Below are positions 42,164-52,038 of a stretch of DNA of 64,000 nt, piece by piece. Under the pieces are notes generated by a model that was given only the letters and a program-made list of their open reading frames with translations, searched no databases and was not told the origin of the DNA. This DNA comes from Fibrobacteria bacterium (GTDB lineage Bacteria; Fibrobacterota; Chitinivibrionia; Chitinivibrionales; FEN-1185). The stretch is taken from NCBI GenBank assembly GCA_037447435.1, contig JBBIGR010000006.1, forward strand, positions 94,136-158,135, given 5' to 3'. The position numbers and the translations under genes are program-made. How positions within the stretch are numbered: position 1 is the stretch's first letter; each line of letters starts with the position of its first letter.

Positions 42164-43063
42164 TTATTTTCCTTTGATGGATGTTGCTATTTGTGATATC
42201 GCGGCATCGAAATGATCGAAATACGATTTCGGCGACGCATCGGAACACGACGGCGGGCATTTGACTATTTGAATTCCGGTTTGCCTATTGAGAAACTTTG
42301 GGGCATCGTCTGAAAAATAGGGTTCCTGCAAAATGAACAAAGCCTTTTCGCGCTTAATTATTTCGACAAGCTCGGCGAGATGGTTCCCGGTTGGCGGAAT
42401 GCCGGGAAACGGTTCCACTTTTGCAATGATGGAAAACCCGAACGCATCGGCAAAATATGCCCAGGATGAATGATACGTAATGATTTTTCCCGATTTATAG
42501 GCCTGCAACGACGCTTTCCAACCCGCGATTTTTTGCAGGCATTCTTTTTTAAATTGTTCGAAACGCAACGAATAGGCCGCGCTATTTGCAGGATCAGTTT
42601 TTTGCAACCCGGCAAGGATATTTTGACCTATAATAATGCCGTTTTCGGGATTAAGCCAGTAATGGGGATTACCGAACGGATGCACATCTCCCATCGAGGC
42701 ATCGACTTTTCCCGCAGGTTTTTCGAGTACCGCAATCCCGCTCGAACAATCGATCACCAGAATGGAATTATTCCGCGACCCGTCGAGAATGGCATCGGAC
42801 CATTGGTCCAAGCCCAGGCCGCTTTTCAAATAGATACCCGCACGTGCGACCTTTGCCATATACGACGGAAAAACCTCAATGGAATGCGGATTCGAATTCG
42901 CAGCTGCAATTGCGGTCACTTCCACTTTGTCACCCCCGATATACGCGGCGATTGAGGCAAGGTCGGTAATCGCCGCAACGATACGGACCGGTGCGGCAAA
43001 ACCGGACATGCTCACCGTTAGAACCGCTATGAACCAGGCCGCTCGAATCGTTATCTTTTTCAT
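42164..43063 (-). CDS. Cluster A-I metal-binding periplasmic protein (ZnuA/TroA-like)
   Basis: NPH, DVHPFGNPHYWLNP and YHSSWAYF His ligands; signal peptide. Confidence 0.9.
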   Translation of the reverse strand: MKKITIRAAWFIAVLTVSMSGFAAPVRIVAAITDLASIAAYIGGDKVEVTAIAAANSNPHSIEVFPSYMAKVARAGIYLKSGLGLDQWSDAILDGSRNNSILVIDCSSGIAVLEKPAGKVDASMGDVHPFGNPHYWLNPENGIIIGQNILAGLQKTDPANSAAYSLRFEQFKKECLQKIAGWKASLQAYKSGKIITYHSSWAYFADAFGFSIIAKVEPFPGIPPTGNHLAELVEIIKREKALFILQEPYFSDDAPKFLNRQTGIQIVKCPPSCSDASPKSYFDHFDAAISQIATSIKGK

Positions 43064-43148
43064 GGTATCTCCTTTATGTGTTCCTGTTGCGTTTTACAAA
43101 TTAAGAATTTATTCCATAAGCCCTTTGATCGTCTTCATAAACTCACCC

Positions 43149-44210
43149 TCAGAATTGATGCGCTTTATGCGGTCCCATACTGAACAGTAATTGCATTTCG
43201 ACCGTGTCGTCGGGGCGGCCGCCCGCATTAAACAAATGCTCAAACGCCAATCTGACCATGGTACTTTCCTCAAGCACTGAAAATCCCACAAACGGCTTGA
43301 GGCCGATGTTTGTGTCAGAGGCGTTCCCGGGAGCCTGATATTGCTCGTACAGAACGCCGGCATTGTAATGTCCTTGAAACTGGAAATCGGTGAACGCATA
43401 GAATCCCATACGATTTTCGGCCGTGACGCCCCCCGAAGAATCCCTATTACTTGCGTTCTTATACAACAATTCGGCCTGAAATACCGATTTGACAATTGGA
43501 GATATGGAACTTTTAATTTTAGCATCGGCTCCGATAACCGCGGATTTTGTCTTTGCAACCGGATCATTGGTCCCTTGCGTTGCCGACAAACCTATTTCGC
43601 ACGGCGTAATTTCGCCGATCATGAATGAATTGACAATGCGGCCAAGCCAGCCGAAATTTGCAGAATGCATTGCCGGGTGAAACGAATCACCCTGTAAAAG
43701 ATCGGCTGAAATAATCAGGGAATAGCTTTCCCCAACCGGGATAAGAGCTGATGCCTGCAGTGCCACGTCGTTAAAGCTTTCTTCACCGGGAAGCAGTCGG
43801 GCGATACCGGGATCCATCACATGAGGCGTGCTGATAAACGGATATGAATGCGGATGTGCGGGATTGAGGCGTCCGAAACCGAGCCGGTACTTCCCTGCCT
43901 TTAGCCCTAGGTTAAACGGCAGTCCCCGGATCAGCGATGCATAGGCTTCTTCGATTTCAATGGATTTTGTTCCCAAGGATAAAACAAACGCACCGTTTAC
44001 GTAGGGATTCAATGCCGCATCGAGCGCAAGCTCCGCCTCTCCCAACGCAAGTGTCGGCTTGTTTGGAACCGCCGCGGCACTATCGTTTGTATATTGACCG
44101 ATGACCTGGCCGATTGCGGAGATATCCGGATTGGTTACACCGGCAACCGCACTATGCCAAGCAAAAACGCCTATTGCAATAGATATCGCGAACCAGTTGA
44201 TTTTCAACAT
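43149..44210 (-). CDS. His-motif outer-membrane beta-barrel (putative metal porin)
   Basis: Signal peptide, NPDIS, IEEAY, KAGKYRLGFGRLNPAHPH, amphipathic strands, C-terminal GPHKAHQF; AGGAG RBS before ATG 44210. Confidence 0.75.
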   Translation of the reverse strand: MLKINWFAISIAIGVFAWHSAVAGVTNPDISAIGQVIGQYTNDSAAAVPNKPTLALGEAELALDAALNPYVNGAFVLSLGTKSIEIEEAYASLIRGLPFNLGLKAGKYRLGFGRLNPAHPHSYPFISTPHVMDPGIARLLPGEESFNDVALQASALIPVGESYSLIISADLLQGDSFHPAMHSANFGWLGRIVNSFMIGEITPCEIGLSATQGTNDPVAKTKSAVIGADAKIKSSISPIVKSVFQAELLYKNASNRDSSGGVTAENRMGFYAFTDFQFQGHYNAGVLYEQYQAPGNASDTNIGLKPFVGFSVLEESTMVRLAFEHLFNAGGRPDDTVEMQLLFSMGPHKAHQF

Positions 44211-44361
44211 GGTATTCTCCTGTAAAAAAGGTACATCACGAGCATCCGGTAAAAAGACAAATCGCCTCACCCGTTTCCTTGTATCCCTCTCGGGGTAAAT
44301 TCAGGAAGGCAAAGGGAAATGCTCTTTGAGACAAAACCGGACATGATTGAAAAAAAAGCGA

Positions 44362-44637
44362 CTAGCTATGAACAGGAGGAGCGCGGGTTTCATAAGCGGG
44401 TTTGCAGGATAGTAAGACGTACGTTCGCGTTTTAAGAGCAAGCGCGAGAATTAACAGAATAAATAAAGGGAGTACATTGACAACATTCGGTTCGAAGGAT
44501 TGTTGTTGGGAAATACACAGCGAACACGTATCATGATTACCGGTATCGAGATGAACATGGGTAGGCAATATAACTGCCAAATACAGGCAAAGAAAAACCG
44601 AGGTAAGCGATAAAAAATTTATTGAAACTTTGCGCAT
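44362..44637 (-). CDS. DUF2946-like leader peptide (HxH, CxxC, C-terminal RAPP)
   Basis: Hydrophobic N-terminus, HVHLDTGNHDTCSLC, second hydrophobic stretch, ends YETRAPPVHS*; first ORF of the metal operon. Confidence 0.75.
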   Translation of the reverse strand: MRKVSINFLSLTSVFLCLYLAVILPTHVHLDTGNHDTCSLCISQQQSFEPNVVNVLPLFILLILALALKTRTYVLLSCKPAYETRAPPVHS

Positions 44638-44801
44638 CGTGAGAAGCCGTCCGGCTAACATTGCCATTTAACAACCGCGTTTCAAAACAAGACCTGATTT
44701 AATATATATACATTCGTTTAAAATATTATTATCCATATTAAAAGATTTCGATTTAACTAATACATTTATTTGATACCACAGCGTCGTACCCTGGTATTTT
44801 C

Positions 44802-44842
44802 AAAACGAAACCTTCGCTTTTTGGAGCCAAAGGTTTCGTTTT
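44802..44842 (-). terminator. Intrinsic terminator after the LRR gene
   Basis: AAAACGAAACCTT-loop-AAGGTTTCGTTTT. Confidence 0.7.
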
Positions 44843-44855
44843 ATATGCGTATTAT

Positions 44856-45608
44856 CTATTCGAAATCCTCGTCGTTATTTGCCTTAACCCACTCTTTCAA
44901 TTCGGCATTCATTTTTCGCAAGCCCGCATAGTCGACATCGAACCTTTTAAGCTTGAGACCCGTAACGGTTTGCGGTAAAGTACTTAAAGGGTTTTCTTTT
45001 AGAAATAGGCTTTTAAGCGAATACATCCCCCCAAGCTCCGTCCCCAATGCTTTCAGACGGTTATTGCTTAAGTCAAGGAATTCAAGCGCCTTTAGGTTTT
45101 GCGTTGTTTCCGGAAAATCGCGAATGAGGTTTCCTCGAAGGTTTAAATACGACAAATTTTTTAGATTACCGATAGACAAGGGCACGGTTTCGAGCCTATT
45201 GTTTTGTACGGAAAGATATTTCAAATTTTGAAGGTTGCCGATTTCATCCGGTAAGACCGAAAGGATATTACCGTCGAGTATTAATTTCCGAAGGGATTTT
45301 AATTGGCCTATTTCTTTGGGAAGACTTTGCATGGGTTTGAAATTATAGACCGTGTCATCGACACCTCGCTGTTCCGGATCGGTTCTATCGACTTCCGTTT
45401 TCACTGAAAAATTGAGTGCGACCACGTTGTCGCCGTCAAAATCCGCAATTTTCCAAATTCCCTGCTCTCCAATCCCGATTTTTTCGAGCATGTCTTTAAC
45501 AATAGAATAATCGTTTACGAGCGTTACGGCCTGATTTGATTCTTCGGCAAATACACCCACGGACGTTACAAACACTCCGACAATAGCAGACTCGAATATT
45601 TTTAGCAT
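44856..45608 (-). CDS. Exported leucine-rich-repeat protein
   Basis: Signal peptide; about six 23-aa LPxEIGxLxxLxxLxLxxNxL repeats; AGGAGG RBS. Confidence 0.9.
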   Translation of the reverse strand: MLKIFESAIVGVFVTSVGVFAEESNQAVTLVNDYSIVKDMLEKIGIGEQGIWKIADFDGDNVVALNFSVKTEVDRTDPEQRGVDDTVYNFKPMQSLPKEIGQLKSLRKLILDGNILSVLPDEIGNLQNLKYLSVQNNRLETVPLSIGNLKNLSYLNLRGNLIRDFPETTQNLKALEFLDLSNNRLKALGTELGGMYSLKSLFLKENPLSTLPQTVTGLKLKRFDVDYAGLRKMNAELKEWVKANNDEDFE

Positions 45609-45768
45609 ATTCTCCTCCTTAAAAAAAAACGATCAACACGAATTATTCATAAAACATCCTTCCCTTTCCCATAATGATTACCTAAAGATTACGAGAAAGC
45701 AGCACGAAATAGTCGCCCCCCCCCTGAAATGTGATGCAAATAAAACCCAGTCATGTTATAATTGGTGC

Positions 45769-48700
45769 ATGAAAATAAAGCATTTCAACAAAATGCATAC
45801 GATCGCCGTTTTTTTGATGGCTGTAACAATTGGCGCGCTCTTTTCATGGTGGGCGGCAACAAAAGCCGATCACGAAATGCGTAAAGGTTTACTTCAGCAA
45901 ACCCTCCTCATAGCGCAAACGATCGGTACTGAGAATATCCAGGCGCTTTCGGGCACAAAAGCCGACATTGAAAGCCCCGACTATATCAGACTCAAGGAAC
46001 AATTCTCCGCTTTGCGTTCGACCAATCCGCAATGCCGTTTTGTGTATTTGATGGGAAGGAAACCCGACGGTACCGTATTCTTTTTTGTCGATGACCGTCC
46101 GGTCGGAAGCAAAGATGAGGCGCCGGCAGGCATGATTTACGACGATGCGCCGAAGGAATTCAACAAGGTTTTTTCCACCCGCATCCCCCATACCGCAGGT
46201 CCTTATCATGACAAATGGGGGACGTTCGTAAGTGCCGCGGTGCCGATTTTAGACGATTCGGCAAAACTATCGGCTCAAAGCGTCAAAAAAGAAGACGCCG
46301 TTGCCATGGTCAATAAGGCAGAGGAATTCTACCGCCAATACGGCAAAACGCGTCTGATTAAAGAACTCAACAACCCCATGGGAGAGTTTCACAGGGGCAG
46401 CCTGTACGCGTTTGCATACGATTCGACGATGACGATGCTGGCGCATCCGGTCAAACCCAACCTTGTGGGACAGAACCTTATTGACAAAAAGGATTTGGAC
46501 GGGGGAAAATATTTCCGTAAGGAAATTCAGACGGTCGCATTGTCGGCGGGGAGCGGCTGGGTGGATTATTCGTACGAAAACCCGATCACGAAAAAAATAA
46601 TGCCGAAAACCACTTTTGTAAAAAAGGTGGGCGACGTGATCGTGTGCGCGGGGGCGTATAAAAGTTCGGGAAATCTGCTCGCGGTTCTCGCAATGGACAT
46701 TGACGCAAAAGAATGGAAACTGGACATTGCGGAGAAATCGGCATTGCCCATCGGCCTTATGGTCGTACTGCTCATCGGCATGGCCGCGATTGTATTTGCA
46801 TCACGGAGGATCGACAAAGAGCCCAAACCGGTGCTCAGACGATTATTACCGCCTCTGGCAGCTATTGTAGTATTGGTAACGGCCGGTTTCGGCAGCCTGT
46901 TGTGGATACAACACAGACAAAACCTTGACCGGCAAGTATTTTCCCAAATATCGTCATTGTCAAGCGATTTTCAGACCGCAACCAAACAGCAGGCAATCGG
47001 ATTGTCTGCGACCGTGCAAGCCATAGCCGCAGATCTTGATTTGAAAAAAGACCTTCGCCTCCGTAATATAAGCGGACTGACTGCGATTTGGCAACCGGTA
47101 TTCAGGACTTTACAAATTCAGGATAAGGTCACCCATTTCTATTTTATGGACACCAACCTTACGTGTCTGTTGCGTTTGCATCAGCCGGAAAAACACGGAG
47201 ACACCATAAACCGGTTTACCGCAATCGAGGCACGTCGAACCGGCATGACATCATCGGGGCTGGAACTCGGAACGATGGGCATGCTCACGCTCCGTGTGGT
47301 GCAGCCGGTTTATGAAAATAAAGCCCTTATCGGGTATATTGAAATCGGAAAAGAAATCGAGGACTTGTTGGAATCGTTGCATTCGATTCCGGACATCGAA
47401 ATTGCTGCAACAATCCGCAAGGACTTTTTACATAAGCAGGAATGGCTTGACGGAATGCGTTTATTCGGCAGGAACGCCGATTGGGACAGATTACCGCATA
47501 GCGTCGTGATTTATAGCTCGCTGGGCAGACTGCCGGAGGAGTTTTTATCGTGGGCCGATTATAAAAAAGAAAGTCATGTTCATGCGGAATCGACCCGGGA
47601 AATACGGTACAAACAAAAAAATTGGCGAGTTACCGCATTACCGATAAACGACGCTTCGGGCAGAGAAATCGGCGATTTGCTTCTCATGTACGATATCTCG
47701 AACGAAAAGGCGGATTTTAACCGGATTGCCGTATTGGGCGGAACGGCAATAATCATTTTGCTCGCTCTGCTTTTGGGTGTTATTTATGTTTTGTTGCGAC
47801 GGACCGATTCGGGAATGCGGGAGCAGGATGAAGAGCTGCAAAGAAGCGAAAAAAAACTGAACGCGCTCTTTAGCTCCATGACCGAAATGGTCGTTCTTCA
47901 TGAACTTGTATTTGACGATCGGGGCCAAGCGGTAAATTACCGGATCATCGATACCAATAAAGCGTTTACCGACATCATGGGCATTCAAAAACAGGACGCT
48001 GTTTCAAAATTGGCGACGGAATTTTTCCATACCGAAACACCGCCCTATCTGAAGGAATATTCCCGTGTCGCCATGACCGGCGAGCCGATCAATTACACCT
48101 CGTATTTTGCGCCTACGGGAAAACATTTCTCGATTTCCGTCGTTTCTCCCGGGCAAAACCAATTCGCAACCGTCACCACGGACATTACCGAACTCAAACG
48201 AGCCGAAGAAGCGTTGAGCTCGGCAAAAAAACAAGCCGAATTATCGAGCAATGCCAAATCGGAATTTCTTGCGAATATGAGCCATGAAATCAGAACGCCG
48301 ATGAACGGGGTTTTGGGAATAACCTCATTGCTTTTAGATACGAATTTGAGTGAAGAACAACGAAAATTCACCGAAACGCTGAAAAGCAGCGGAGAAGCCC
48401 TTTTATCTCTCATCAACGATATACTTGATTTTTCGAAAATTGAAGCCGGTAAACTGATGTTGGAAGACCTGGACTTCGATTTACGGTCGCTTATGAGGAC
48501 CGTGAGCACGATGATGTCGCCAAGCGCCGCTGAAAAAGGGCTGCAGTTCGTGTGCGAACCGCCTATCGAAGTACCGACATCGCTCAAAGGCGATCCGTCC
48601 CGATTACGGCAGATATTGACAAACCTTATTGTCAATGCGATAAAATTCACGAATAAAGGCACGGTCGAAGTCGGCGTAACCTTGATGAAGGAGACTGCGC

Positions 48701-49833
48701 ATACCGTGGTGCTGCGTTTTTTTGTCAAAGATACGGGTATCGGTATTCCCAAAAACAAGCAATCGGTCCTTTTTGAAAAATTCACACAAGTAGACACATC
48801 GACCACCCGGAAATTCGGCGGTACCGGTTTGGGACTGGCGATTTCAAAACAATTGACGGAAATGATGGGCGGAGAAATCGGTTTGATCAGTCCTGCGCCG
48901 GGAATGGAACACTTTCCGCAAAGCTCGCCTCTGCGGTCCGAAGAGGGATGCGGCACCGAATTCTGGTTTACCGCACGTTTCTTAAAACGGCCGGAAGAAC
49001 GGCTCGAACCTATTGCAAAACCACCTGACCAATTAATAAAAAACGATGCGGCCATGAAGCAAATCCGCGTTTTACTTGCAGAAGACAATTCCATAAATCA
49101 ACTTGTAGCATTGGGAATCATGAAACGATACGGCATTGTTGCCGACGTGGCTTCTAACGGATCGGCTGCCGTTAACGCATTGGAAAACAAAGAGTACGAC
49201 CTTGTTCTCATGGACATTCAAATGCCGGAAATGGACGGGTATGAAGCGACCCAACGGATTCGCGACCCGCGTTCGAATGTCCGGAATCATCGAATCCCCA
49301 TTATTGCCATGACGGCCAATGCGCTTTCGGGAGACCGGGAAATTTGCTTAAATGCCGGAATGGACGATTATATTGCCAAGCCGATTATCCCTCAAATTCT
49401 CATTGAAAAAATCAATACGTGGGCTAGCGGCAATGCAAAATCAAATTCCGCATCAGAACCCCCATCCGCAGAAACCGATCAGGGGGTCGATACCGCTCTT
49501 TTTAATTACGCTGTTGTTTTGGAACGCGTCATGGGAGATCAAGAACTGCTTAAAAACATTCTGGGTATTTTCATCGATGAATTTCCCAATCAGGTTTCTC
49601 TCATGAAACAAGCTTTGGCCGCCAATGACTTGGCACGTGTCAAATTCCGCGCTCACAGCATAAAAGGGTCGTCGGCCAACGTGGGGGCAACCCATCTGAA
49701 AACGATAGCCCTGCAAATCGAGGAGGCTGCAAAAGCCAATACTGCATCCGCAATTACCGCGCTTATTTCAGACCTTGAAATTAATTTTCAAAAAGTAAAA
49801 TCGGAAATACGGAAATCGTTGCAGGAATTATAA
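45769..49833 (+). CDS. Hybrid sensor kinase (Cache domains-PAS-HisKA-HATPase-REC-Hpt)
   Basis: Four TM helices, Cache-like sensors, FLANMSHEIRTPMNG, GGTGLGL, VLMDIQMP, AHSIKGSS (Hpt). Confidence 0.93.
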   Translation: MKIKHFNKMHTIAVFLMAVTIGALFSWWAATKADHEMRKGLLQQTLLIAQTIGTENIQALSGTKADIESPDYIRLKEQFSALRSTNPQCRFVYLMGRKPDGTVFFFVDDRPVGSKDEAPAGMIYDDAPKEFNKVFSTRIPHTAGPYHDKWGTFVSAAVPILDDSAKLSAQSVKKEDAVAMVNKAEEFYRQYGKTRLIKELNNPMGEFHRGSLYAFAYDSTMTMLAHPVKPNLVGQNLIDKKDLDGGKYFRKEIQTVALSAGSGWVDYSYENPITKKIMPKTTFVKKVGDVIVCAGAYKSSGNLLAVLAMDIDAKEWKLDIAEKSALPIGLMVVLLIGMAAIVFASRRIDKEPKPVLRRLLPPLAAIVVLVTAGFGSLLWIQHRQNLDRQVFSQISSLSSDFQTATKQQAIGLSATVQAIAADLDLKKDLRLRNISGLTAIWQPVFRTLQIQDKVTHFYFMDTNLTCLLRLHQPEKHGDTINRFTAIEARRTGMTSSGLELGTMGMLTLRVVQPVYENKALIGYIEIGKEIEDLLESLHSIPDIEIAATIRKDFLHKQEWLDGMRLFGRNADWDRLPHSVVIYSSLGRLPEEFLSWADYKKESHVHAESTREIRYKQKNWRVTALPINDASGREIGDLLLMYDISNEKADFNRIAVLGGTAIIILLALLLGVIYVLLRRTDSGMREQDEELQRSEKKLNALFSSMTEMVVLHELVFDDRGQAVNYRIIDTNKAFTDIMGIQKQDAVSKLATEFFHTETPPYLKEYSRVAMTGEPINYTSYFAPTGKHFSISVVSPGQNQFATVTTDITELKRAEEALSSAKKQAELSSNAKSEFLANMSHEIRTPMNGVLGITSLLLDTNLSEEQRKFTETLKSSGEALLSLINDILDFSKIEAGKLMLEDLDFDLRSLMRTVSTMMSPSAAEKGLQFVCEPPIEVPTSLKGDPSRLRQILTNLIVNAIKFTNKGTVEVGVTLMKETAHTVVLRFFVKDTGIGIPKNKQSVLFEKFTQVDTSTTRKFGGTGLGLAISKQLTEMMGGEIGLISPAPGMEHFPQSSPLRSEEGCGTEFWFTARFLKRPEERLEPIAKPPDQLIKNDAAMKQIRVLLAEDNSINQLVALGIMKRYGIVADVASNGSAAVNALENKEYDLVLMDIQMPEMDGYEATQRIRDPRSNVRNHRIPIIAMTANALSGDREICLNAGMDDYIAKPIIPQILIEKINTWASGNAKSNSASEPPSAETDQGVDTALFNYAVVLERVMGDQELLKNILGIFIDEFPNQVSLMKQALAANDLARVKFRAHSIKGSSANVGATHLKTIALQIEEAAKANTASAITALISDLEINFQKVKSEIRKSLQEL

Positions 49834-50058
49834 GAACCTTCGGTAAATATAAAAAAGCAGACTCGCCTCCCCTTTGCATTCGCGACGCTTTACGGTAAAT
49901 TTTCATTCCTGATTTCTTTATTGCTTTTTTGCAATAAAAACAATGACAAACAGTGTGCAAAATGATACTATTATTTTTATCCACCCGTATGCAATAGTAC
50001 CGTTAAAGTAACTGTGTATTACCGAGACTCCGTCGCAGTAGGACGGAATGGAGAATAC

Positions 50059-52038
50059 GTGAACACTACAAAACCATTTCATTCGCAACGGTACCATCAA
50101 TTGTTTGAATCTATGCTCGATGGTTTTGCGTATTGTAAAATGATTTATGAAAACGACATCCCGGTTGATTTCATATACCTTCAAGTCAACCATACTTTCG
50201 AGAAAATAACCGGCCTTTCGGATGTAGTTGGAAAAAAGGTTTCCGACATCCTTCCCCATTTGCGGCAAACGAATCCGGAAATATTTGAAATTTACGGAAG
50301 AGTGGCACAATCGGGAAATCCCGAGTTTTTTGAAACTTTCATCGAGTCCCCTAAATTATTCCTGAACCTCTCGGTATTCAGCCCGGAGAAAAACCATTTT
50401 GCAGTAGTATTTGAAAATATTATTGACCGTAAAAAATCGGAGTCTACATTACGGGAGGATGAGAACAAATTTCAAACGCTATTTGAAAACCTTAACGACG
50501 GAGTCGTCCTTGCGTATATGGGAATAGTATCCGAGGTAAACCAGCAACTGGTTTCGATGCTCGGATTACCCGATAAGAACCGGATCGTCGGACATAACAT
50601 CCTTGAGTTCATGACACCGGCATCCCAAGAAAAAGTCAGGGAAAACATCATCAATTTTCATTCGCAGCGAGATTATGAAACCCTGTTGGAATTGGATTTT
50701 ATCCGATCGGACGGTTTCGTCATCACGGTTGAAAAACACGTATCGAGGATTTATATCCATGGAAAAGCCCATGGGTTAAGCGTTCTTCGCGATATTACGA
50801 AAAGGAAACGGATCGATGAGGACTTGCGAAAAAGCGAAGAACGGTATCGCTTGGTTGCGGATTTTACCTACAATTGGGAATATTGGCAAACACCCGACGG
50901 GTTTCTTGCCTATATTTCCCCGTCGTGCATACGAATTACCGGCTATTCCAAAGAGGAATTCATGCAGGACCCTGGACTGGTTTCAAGGCTAGCACATCCG
51001 GATGATCCTGAACAAAAAGCAAATCATTTTCATTTACTTCCCGCGCCCTTCGACAATGACGATTACCATGAAATCGATTTTCCCATCATTACAAAAAGTA
51101 AGGAAAAGCGATGGATATCCCATATCTGCAGAAGGGTTTTCGACGCCAACGGTCAATACCTCGGACGCCGCGTCAGTAACCACGATATTACGGAACGTAA
51201 GCGCATCGAAACGATGTTAAAGGAACGGGATGCGCAATTGCTTCAGGCGGACAAGATGGCCTCTTTGGGCAGAATCGTTTCCGGCGTTGCCCATGAGATC
51301 AACAATCCCAATAATTTCATCATGCTCAATGCGCCGTTGTTATATAAGGCCTGGGAAAGCGCGTTGCCTGTAATAAAATCCCATGCTAAAGAAACGGGCG
51401 ACCTTTTCATCGGAAAAATGCGATTCGACGATTTTTCCGAAAACGTGTTCCCTCTTATAAACGGCATCATAGACGGCAGCAAACGAATCCAGCGGATTGT
51501 CTCGGAACTCAAGGATTACATTCGCCCGGACACTGTCAATGAATGCGGGCAAATCAATTTTGTGAAGGTTATACAATCGTCGATTAGCCTGATGCACAAT
51601 ACGATAACGAAACACCGCGCGGCATTCACCGCATCAATCGGCGATGGGCCGGTATGGATTGGGGGAAACCTTCAACGGATGGAACAAGTCATCATCAACC
51701 TTTTACAAAACAGTTGCGATGCGCTTTTGCCGGACGGTCCCCGATCGATAGACCTCATCCTTGACAATTCAAAAGAAAATGAAATTCTATTGTACGTGAA
51801 GGACTCGGGATGCGGTATAGCAACGCAGGATCTTCCTCATGTAACCGAACCGTTTTTCACCACAAAACGGAACTGCGGCGGCACCGGCTTAGGATTGTCG
51901 ATATCGAATAAAATAATTTCCGATCATAATGGTCAACTTCTCATAGATTCGGAACAGGGAAAAGGTACAACGGTGACAATAATTTTGCCGAGGAAGGGTC
52001 CGCACAATGACGAATCCCGACGCAGTATTAAAACCTGA
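50059..52038 (+). CDS. Cytoplasmic triple-PAS histidine kinase
   Basis: Three PAS/PAC repeats, GVAHEINNPNN, GGTGLGLS; GTG start behind GGAG. Confidence 0.9.
   Translation: MNTTKPFHSQRYHQLFESMLDGFAYCKMIYENDIPVDFIYLQVNHTFEKITGLSDVVGKKVSDILPHLRQTNPEIFEIYGRVAQSGNPEFFETFIESPKLFLNLSVFSPEKNHFAVVFENIIDRKKSESTLREDENKFQTLFENLNDGVVLAYMGIVSEVNQQLVSMLGLPDKNRIVGHNILEFMTPASQEKVRENIINFHSQRDYETLLELDFIRSDGFVITVEKHVSRIYIHGKAHGLSVLRDITKRKRIDEDLRKSEERYRLVADFTYNWEYWQTPDGFLAYISPSCIRITGYSKEEFMQDPGLVSRLAHPDDPEQKANHFHLLPAPFDNDDYHEIDFPIITKSKEKRWISHICRRVFDANGQYLGRRVSNHDITERKRIETMLKERDAQLLQADKMASLGRIVSGVAHEINNPNNFIMLNAPLLYKAWESALPVIKSHAKETGDLFIGKMRFDDFSENVFPLINGIIDGSKRIQRIVSELKDYIRPDTVNECGQINFVKVIQSSISLMHNTITKHRAAFTASIGDGPVWIGGNLQRMEQVIINLLQNSCDALLPDGPRSIDLILDNSKENEILLYVKDSGCGIATQDLPHVTEPFFTTKRNCGGTGLGLSISNKIISDHNGQLLIDSEQGKGTTVTIILPRKGPHNDESRRSIKT

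Noticed and set aside
44690..44780. Fur/Zur box upstream of the metal operon
   Set aside because: AT-rich with only a partial GATAAT match; no convincing palindrome.
48093..49094. Long antisense ORFs (333 aa here; also 20200-21216, 31682-32503, 62417-63322)
   Set aside because: They are shadows of well-conserved genes on the opposite strand and have no recognisable motifs.
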